DNA of 64,000 nucleotides, from the sequence record LC788711.1. One strand, written 5' to 3'. Positions 58,368 to 64,000 of this stretch are shown in pieces. Under the pieces are notes generated by a model. That model saw nothing but the letters and a program-made list of their open reading frames with translations. It was not told the DNA's origin and did no database searches. Numbering within the stretch: position 1 is the first letter of the stretch; each line of letters opens with the position of its first letter. Both the position numbers and the translations under genes were made by a program. Source of the stretch: Escherichia coli phage NG_S8.

Positions 58368-58586
58368 TTAAGCGTTTTTTAAACTTTTTTCGATTTGATG
58401 GGAGTTATATAAATCAATCATTATATTACGCCACACCATTTCCAGACCTTGCTGCTTGCCTTTCTTGTATTGCTTGAATCGGTATTTTACCGATCGTTGC
58501 GCTACTGTCAACAAATTTTTTGTTCTGCTATCTAATGCACTAGCAGGTTTCGCACTAATCACTAAAGCGTTTTTTGATTTGATCAT
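58368..58586 (-). CDS. small basic protein (72 aa), flanked by 26-bp inverted repeats
   Basis: ORF rich in K/R/Q; TATAAT-like element within 20 bp upstream on minus strand. Confidence 0.5.
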   Translation of the reverse strand: MIKSKNALVISAKPASALDSRTKNLLTVAQRSVKYRFKQYKKGKQQGLEMVWRNIMIDLYNSHQIEKSLKNA

Positions 58587-58619
58587 TATCGTCGATTCCT
58601 TATATTATATAAGTTTACC

Positions 58620-58646
58620 GCCGATAGGCTTTAAGATGTTCCCTAG
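58620..58646. repeat. right copy of 26-bp inverted repeat (GCCGATAGGCTTTAAGATGTTCCCTAG)
   Basis: Partner of 58335-58360; adjacent 12-bp direct repeat TTTTTAAAGAGC also at 58315-58326. Confidence 0.8.
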
Positions 58647-59318
58647 TTTTTAAAGAGCGCGGCGGTAAACTTCCCCGCCGTGTAGTTCGTCATTGCCGCC
58701 CTACGTGATAAATAATAGGAGAATACCGAGAAGGGCGCAACCTTATTTTTGTAAAGAAACGTAAAGACAAACGCCACTGCACCACGTCCAGCGGCGCACT
58801 AAATTTAATGAAACGGGCGCGCGAATAACACCAAAACAACCATTTTAGCAAGTAATTTTTTCATTTATATTTGCTTTGCCCTACTTGACAAAATCTAAAA
58901 TCCTCGTGGTGAGGTTTTCTCGGTGTACCCCTTATGATTGCCTATCTTTTCCTTTGAGGCGCTTAGAATGCGTTACAGAGCGTTTTAGACCCTGTTAATA
59001 ACTTATACAAAAAGCAAAAATGAAATTTAATGAGTTATCCACTTGATTTTTCAAAAAAGTATTTTCTGCTATTATTTTTCATTGACAAATAAGTTTAGAC
59101 GTGCATTGATTGGTTAGCAGACTAACAATCGCTAGGATGATAATCACGCTGGTGGATTGTAACAGCTGAAACAGTTAGCAGACTATTAATACTCTAAAAA
59201 CCTATTAGCCAACTAACTATTTCATATTATATAATATACTTATAAATTAAAGAGAAATAATAACTATAAGAAACTATCGGCTAAGTGAGAACCACTATCA
59301 TTTAGGTTATTCACAAAG

Positions 59319-59376
59319 TTATCCACAGCACAAAATAACTTGACGCAATAGGCGACGTTTTGGCGACTTATCCACA
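59319..59376. promoter_or_regulatory. pair of perfect DnaA boxes (TTATCCACA at 59319-59327 and 59368-59376) plus near-matches
   Basis: Exact 9-mers; near-matches TTATTCACA 59308-59316 and TTATCCACT 59033-59041. Confidence 0.6.
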
Positions 59377-59396
59377 GACTTATATACAGGTTATCC

Positions 59397-59416
59397 TACT
59401 GTATAAATATACAGGG
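59397..59416. promoter_or_regulatory. LexA (SOS) box-like palindrome TACTGTATAAATATACAGGG
   Basis: CTGT-N8-ACAG with AT-rich spacer, close to E. coli consensus TACTGTATATATATACAGTA. Confidence 0.55.
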
Positions 59417-59663
59417 TAAATAGGTAGCAGTAACAACCGCAATCAAATTTAAGCGGCCTAGAACGCATTCTAAGCGATTTTCTCACTGCTACCCTTATTA
59501 TAATAAAGCCTTGTGTACGCTTACAGAGAGCTAGAAATAGAAAACGCGCGGTTATCATAAAAACAGGCAGTAAGCAAGAAATAAAAAACCTTTTCTTTTT
59601 TCTTGCCCCTAGCGAACAATTATCTATATCATTCACTCACCGATTAACGAGGGAGACAAAGAA

Positions 59664-60683
59664 ATGTCTACTGTAAGAATTGCAGTACCAGCAAACGCCA
59701 CTATTATTAAGGGTAGTTTGCGCAACCTGCTAGATGGTAGTAGTGCGGCAAGCGTACAACATACCGCTACTATTGTAGAAAAGATTCACGATGAAATTTT
59801 AGACAATAATGATACTCATTATTCAGTTGATGATTTCACGCTATTACTAGACCAGACAAGGGCGCTAGTAATTTTCAACCGTGATTATCACATTTTCCGT
59901 AATAGTCGGGGAACTGATATTGATTTTATCATTGTTGGTTATAGTGAGTCTCATAGTGGTTACATTGCGCGATTATATAACGTGCAAGAAAAAGAGCAGG
60001 TAACAGCAACAAAAGTAAATAATATCAGACTGGATAGTGTCGGATCGTTATTAAATAGTATCTGGCGTGAATTATCATCCAGTTATAAAGGTGCTGATAG
60101 TGACGCAATCGAAACAACTGGCGTATTGTGTTTTGAACGCGGTAGCGGTAACATGTTGATTCCTAACGATTATTTAGAGTATGGGAATGAATCAAACGTT
60201 GCAAACGCTGGATTTACACTTTTCCCGCTTGACAATGTAACAAAACAGGCTGTAAACTCTCAAACTTCAAGCGCAATTGCGCAAACTACTGAAAATAAAG
60301 GAAATAACACTATGTCTAAAGTAACCGCTATCGTTGCCGCTAATAAATCCGCCGCCGCTACCGCTGCAAAACTGGAAGCGGGTAAAGTAGCACTAACTCA
60401 GCTTACAAAAGTAGCGGCTAAAGCCCTGCCTTCTGGTATGGCTGGCATGTTCGCTAAACAGTATTTAGATACTCCGGTCGGGCGCGTTGTTGTTGCCAAC
60501 TTGTTAAATCTGGCAATCGAACAATACGCACCGAATAACCAGAAAGCGCGAATTGTTGCTAAAGCCGCAATGGATGCCGCAATGCTGGAAGTGGTACAGA
60601 GTTTCAATATTTCTGAAATGATCGACAAGGCAATCGAGGGAATCAACATTGATGCTTTGACTGCTAATATTTCAGAAGAGTAA
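59664..60683 (+). CDS. hypothetical protein (339 aa) with Ala-rich helical C-terminal half
   Basis: RBS GAGGGAG; first gene of plus-strand block after 1-kb non-coding region. Confidence 0.65.
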   Translation: MSTVRIAVPANATIIKGSLRNLLDGSSAASVQHTATIVEKIHDEILDNNDTHYSVDDFTLLLDQTRALVIFNRDYHIFRNSRGTDIDFIIVGYSESHSGYIARLYNVQEKEQVTATKVNNIRLDSVGSLLNSIWRELSSSYKGADSDAIETTGVLCFERGSGNMLIPNDYLEYGNESNVANAGFTLFPLDNVTKQAVNSQTSSAIAQTTENKGNNTMSKVTAIVAANKSAAATAAKLEAGKVALTQLTKVAAKALPSGMAGMFAKQYLDTPVGRVVVANLLNLAIEQYAPNNQKARIVAKAAMDAAMLEVVQSFNISEMIDKAIEGINIDALTANISEE

Positions 60684-60741
60684 TAATAACAAGCGGGAAT
60701 TAATTTTCCCGTTTTCTTCCCTTTTAGTTAGGAGACTAATT

Positions 60742-61233
60742 ATGTTTGGTAGCAGAAATTATGGCAACCCTATTGAAGCACGATCCCTTAATCATGACGC
60801 AATTGTATTCACTCATGCGTCTACCGGTTATTGTGGATCAGATGGGAATGATTATCATTTCGTTCCCGCTGGTGACGATATTGATGATCTATGTAATGAG
60901 GCAGGTTATGAAAATGCTTGCTCTTATGGTCTAGAAGTTATTGAAGTAGACGACGGCGAATATGAGGATAATGATAATATTGAATGCTCCGCTTATCATT
61001 ATCAGTTAAGTGAATCAGGTTGTTATATTGGCGGCGGCGATCCTATTAATTCCATCACTGAAATAATTATTGAAAATGGTGGCGTTTCGCTGAATGGTAA
61101 CAAGGCGTTACTATATGCAAACCGATTAAAGCAACTTGTATATATTCCTGATGGGAAAGAATGGGAAGAATACAACGTTCTAATTGCAGAATTGAAAAGC
61201 TGTTTCGGCGTGGAAGTGGTAGAAATAGCCTAA
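60742..61233 (+). CDS. strongly acidic protein (163 aa), candidate DNA mimic
   Basis: RBS TAGGAGACT; about 32 Asp+Glu against about 7 Lys+Arg. Confidence 0.65.
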   Translation: MFGSRNYGNPIEARSLNHDAIVFTHASTGYCGSDGNDYHFVPAGDDIDDLCNEAGYENACSYGLEVIEVDDGEYEDNDNIECSAYHYQLSESGCYIGGGDPINSITEIIIENGGVSLNGNKALLYANRLKQLVYIPDGKEWEEYNVLIAELKSCFGVEVVEIA

Positions 61234-61341
61234 TGTAAAGTTTTGTAAAGGTCGCCTATTATGGCGGCCTTTTTTGTTATAATGCCTTTACACCGAAACG
61301 GTGGATTGAAAATTTTCCCTGATTTCTAGGAGGCGTTAAAA

Positions 61342-61572
61342 ATGGTTGCTTTCTCTTCTTCTGACTCTCTTTTCACTGGTAAAGGTTGGGTATCTAATCG
61401 CTGGATTATTGATCAGATGGTTTCTGAATTTGGGATTGGTAAAACTTATGTTACCATTCAGGCGCTTTATGATAATGATCAGATTGATCAGCAAACCGCC
61501 GGATTTTTGCTGGACACGTTGAAAGCAGAACATTGCACTAAAAAGCAAGCGGCAAAAATCGTTTTAATGTAA
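61342..61572 (+). CDS. hypothetical protein (76 aa)
   Basis: RBS CTAGGAGG. Confidence 0.55.
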   Translation: MVAFSSSDSLFTGKGWVSNRWIIDQMVSEFGIGKTYVTIQALYDNDQIDQQTAGFLLDTLKAEHCTKKQAAKIVLM

Positions 61573-61619
61573 TTATTAAAAGGGGGTATATTATCCCCTA
61601 AGTTCTAGGAGCTAATAAA

Positions 61620-61769
61620 ATGGTTATTTTTCGATCTATTCTGGCTAGTATCTTGGGCGCTATTTTATCGCTGTTTGTAATAGCTTTCGGCGTTCACGTG
61701 GTTATTATTGGAGCAGGTATCGCGGGGTTTTCTTACTTGTTAGGCTGTATGACTGGTAAAGGGGAATAA
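61620..61769 (+). CDS. small two-TM membrane protein (49 aa)
   Basis: RBS CTAGGAGC; hydrophobic segments ILASILGAILSLFVIAF and VVIIGAGIAGFSYLL. Confidence 0.5.
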   Translation: MVIFRSILASILGAILSLFVIAFGVHVVIIGAGIAGFSYLLGCMTGKGE

Positions 61770-61771
61770 AA

Positions 61772-61984
61772 ATGTTAAAGAATGTTTCCCTTGCCCGTTC
61801 CAAAGGTTTTAAGCTGGTGGATGTTAACACGTTCGAGCGTCCAGATTGTAAAATCGAATATGTAGCACGCAACAAAAACGCTTTCCGTGTTACAGAAAAG
61901 AAATTTGACAAGCGGGGCAATTTGGTAGCCGAAACGATTAAACACTTTGCCACCTTTTACGCTGCATTTCGTGGGGTATTATGA
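61772..61984 (+). CDS. hypothetical protein (70 aa)
   Basis: RBS AAAGGGGAA. Confidence 0.5.
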   Translation: MLKNVSLARSKGFKLVDVNTFERPDCKIEYVARNKNAFRVTEKKFDKRGNLVAETIKHFATFYAAFRGVL

Positions 61985-62082
61985 GATCCTTATATATTGC
62001 TCTAGCGTTTGCTACCGTTGGCGTTATTTGCTCATTCGCTGCATTTGTTTTAAAAATGTACCTGATATTTTCCCAGCTTTAG
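61981..62082 (+). CDS. small hydrophobic protein (33 aa)
   Basis: ATGA overlap with upstream stop; single TM-like segment. Confidence 0.3.
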   Translation: MRSLYIALAFATVGVICSFAAFVLKMYLIFSQL

Positions 62083-62093
62083 GAGCTTGACAA

Positions 62094-62438
62094 ATGGTAA
62101 TTTATGAGGGCAATCGCTTTATTACTAATTGCCGTCCGGCATTATTAGCAAACTATTTAAATCAGCTTTCACCAGTTTATAAAGGCGTAGTTAATATCTA
62201 TGAGGGCAAAGCACATTATAAAATTTCTGCCGTTGTCGCCCGTGAACTAGCGTTTCAATTTTTAACTTTTGGGTCTTGTGACGTTCAGGTTATGGGGGAA
62301 GCGTTAATAGCGGAAAATGAAAATGAATTTATTGACATTTTCCGCAAAGTATGTACGGAGCGCCTGATTATGAAAGGCGCATATATTCAATCAACCGCTG
62401 AAAGTATTGAAACAGCGTTTCGAAAGGTGGCGCAATGA
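62094..62438 (+). CDS. hypothetical protein (114 aa)
   Basis: RBS TTAGGAGC. Confidence 0.55.
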   Translation: MVIYEGNRFITNCRPALLANYLNQLSPVYKGVVNIYEGKAHYKISAVVARELAFQFLTFGSCDVQVMGEALIAENENEFIDIFRKVCTERLIMKGAYIQSTAESIETAFRKVAQ

Positions 62439-62635
62439 CTAAAGATGAAGCACTAGAAAAAATGAAACAAGGTTTCAAAGTTAGTAATCAATATTTTACT
62501 AGCGATGAATTTTTGTACATGAAAGAAAACGGCGTGATCATGTCAGAAGATGGTTACAATTTTAATGATTGGTTTTTCAATATTCGCAAGGGGGAGGAAT
62601 GGAAGCTAGACGGTTGGAGCGTTTACCGTGAATAG
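62435..62635 (+). CDS. hypothetical protein (66 aa)
   Basis: ATGA overlap with upstream gene. Confidence 0.5.
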   Translation: MTKDEALEKMKQGFKVSNQYFTSDEFLYMKENGVIMSEDGYNFNDWFFNIRKGEEWKLDGWSVYRE

Positions 62636-62761
62636 CTGGTGGCGAAAAACACAAAGCCATAAATCTAATAATACCGCTGGGAAACATTCCCAGCGTTTAC
62701 GATTTGGTAATGGCTTTACAATGATATTGATAATCATTCTCATTCTAGGAGCGATGGCGTT

Positions 62762-62956
62762 ATGAGTGATAAAATTGTTGTAACTAAAACTACTGTTACC
62801 GTTGATACTTTCTTTGTGCCTGATACGCTGGAAAATCGGCAAGCGGTGGAGCGTGGCGATTATGATAAAGTGATTTATGATAACGATGGTTACTACCAAC
62901 ATTTGGTAGACTCCTACGGCGAAAGCGAAAAGATCACACATCGACTACCAGACTAA
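62762..62956 (+). CDS. hypothetical acidic protein (64 aa)
   Basis: RBS CTAGGAGC; followed by hairpin plus T-run. Confidence 0.5.
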   Translation: MSDKIVVTKTTVTVDTFFVPDTLENRQAVERGDYDKVIYDNDGYYQHLVDSYGESEKITHRLPD

Positions 62957-62962
62957 TAATAA

Positions 62963-62990
62963 CGGGGCCGATAGTTGCGCCCCGCCTTTT
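62963..62990 (+). terminator. terminator-like hairpin after last gene of plus-strand pre-early block
   Basis: Stem CGGGGC/GCCCCG then CCTTTT. Confidence 0.45.
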
Positions 62991-63102
62991 CTGCCTGCAA
63001 ACAAATTTCCCCTTATTAAAGTACCTCCTCCAAAAATAAACGCGTTAGGATGCGTTACAGAGCGTTTTAGAGCTATATTAGAGTTATTCACTACGTAGGA
63101 AT

Positions 63103-63122
63103 ACTGTATAAATATACAGTAG
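63103..63122. promoter_or_regulatory. LexA (SOS) box-like palindrome TACTGTATAAATATACAGTA
   Basis: Matches consensus at 18 of 20 positions, both CTGT/ACAG half-sites perfect. Confidence 0.6.
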
Positions 63123-63202
63123 AATAACCTGTTGATAAGTCTGTTGAAAACGCCTCAAAACCGCTAGGATTTTGTCAAATCAAATCGTGCTGTTAATAAA
63201 CC

Positions 63203-63211
63203 TGTGGATAA
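63203..63211. promoter_or_regulatory. DnaA box (TGTGGATAA, reverse orientation)
   Basis: Exact reverse complement of TTATCCACA. Confidence 0.5.
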
Positions 63212-63232
63212 CTTAAATAACAGTGTTTCTCA

Positions 63233-63388
63233 CTTCGCTTTCTAAATGCGACTCATTCTCATTATGCGACTCATTCGTACTCAACTCTGTAAAGGATAAC
63301 CATTCTCATTCCGCTTTCTAAATGTGAATCATTATCATTCGCATTCAACTTCTCAAATGCGAATCAATCTCATTATCATTCGCATTTC
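63233..63388. repeat. three degenerate ~36-40-bp direct repeats with internal palindrome AAATGCGAAT...ATTCGCATTT
   Basis: Units starting near 63233, 63311 and 63349. Confidence 0.7.
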
Positions 63389-63424
63389 GGCAGGCAGGGC
63401 ATTTTCATTTTGCCCTGCGCTTTT

Positions 63425-63992
63425 GTGCAAATCCGACATTTGCCCCCACGGATTACGTGCCAGCGTGCATGTGCGAATCCGACAATTTTTGGTAGTGTGC
63501 AAATCCGATGGGAAATATTTTTTATATGTGCGAATCCGACAATGAATTTTCCTAAAAACTCCAGCAATCAGCAACTGCGATGCAATCCAGCTGGATTTAC
63601 TAGAGTATGTGCAAATCCGACATGAGTTTATTTGTGCAAAACCGACAAGATTTTTGTGACTTCGATGAGAGGGTGTGTGATTGTGTGGGTTTGGGGAGAA
63701 GTGCGAATCCGACGAGGTTTTTGGGAGGAACTATGGAGGGTGCAGCTGTAGTGGTGCTTCAGCACCGGTTTGCTGCGTTTTTGGGGATAATGTGGGATGT
63801 TTTGGCTAGAATTGAGATTAGTGGAGATAAAGCGAAATTTTATTAGCAAAATGGGGCAAAATCGCTTGACAAGTGAAAATTCCTGTGGATCTAAAAAACT
63901 CAGGCAAATATGGGCCTTCGGCCCGAAATAATGCTGCTATTTTCAGTGTTCCTAAAAACTTTGGAGACTCCTATCAATGTGCAAATCCGACC
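63425..63992. repeat. array of eight direct 14-bp repeats, consensus GTGCRAATCCGACA, irregular spacing
   Basis: Copies at 63425, 63471, 63497, 63528, 63609, 63634, 63701, 63979, all same orientation. Confidence 0.85.
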
Positions 63993-64000
63993 ATAAATTT

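Noticed and set aside
59391-59636. 81-aa minus-strand ORF in the DnaA/LexA-box region
   Set aside because: Spans palindromes and AT-rich repeats, Cys/Phe/Leu-rich, no RBS; more likely non-coding regulatory DNA.
63607-63846. 79-aa ORF crossing the GTGCRAATCCGACA repeat array
   Set aside because: Reading frame runs through iteron copies. A shorter 38-aa ORF from ATG 63733 with GGAGG is possible but too weak to call.
63425-63992. Possible CRISPR array
   Set aside because: Repeats only 14 bp, spacing irregular (25-280 bp), no cas genes, no leader; iteron-like binding sites instead.
1-64000. Temperate or integrative element (integrase, repressor, att sites)
   Set aside because: No integrase, recombinase or transposase motifs found; gene content and promoters indicate a virulent T5-like phage.

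Overview
The window reads as most of a T5-like (Tequintavirus-type) virulent siphophage genome. The call rests on a near-exact copy of the classic T5 early promoter P_N25 at 7901-7960 and on gene order, sizes and motifs; no database search was possible. Layout: (1) 1-26150, plus-strand early/replication module: NrdD C-terminus, Sir2-like protein, large helicase-like protein, two-ORF NAD-dependent ligase, DnaB-like helicase, primase, 855-aa family-A polymerase, SF2 helicase, SbcCD-like pair, flap endonuclease, dUTPase, driven by repeated extended -10 promoters. (2) 26440-52105, minus-strand late module: tail fibre, baseplate, tape measure, tail tube, capsid, protease, portal, HNH-like ORF, terminase, receptor-binding protein, with a divergent lipoprotein gene (llp-like). 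(3) 53456-64000, a pre-early (first-step-transfer-like) block: HAD phosphatase (dmp-like), A1-like metallophosphoesterase, A2-like protein, a divergently transcribed block of small genes, and repeat-rich non-coding DNA carrying DnaA boxes, two near-consensus LexA boxes and an eight-copy 14-bp direct-repeat array. No tRNA, CRISPR array, integrase or transposase was seen. The best candidates for something undescribed are in block 3: a strongly acidic 163-aa protein (possible DNA mimic), a small ORF flanked by 26-bp inverted repeats, and host-factor binding sites in the pre-early non-coding DNA. All functional names are inferred from motifs, size and synteny recalled from memory.
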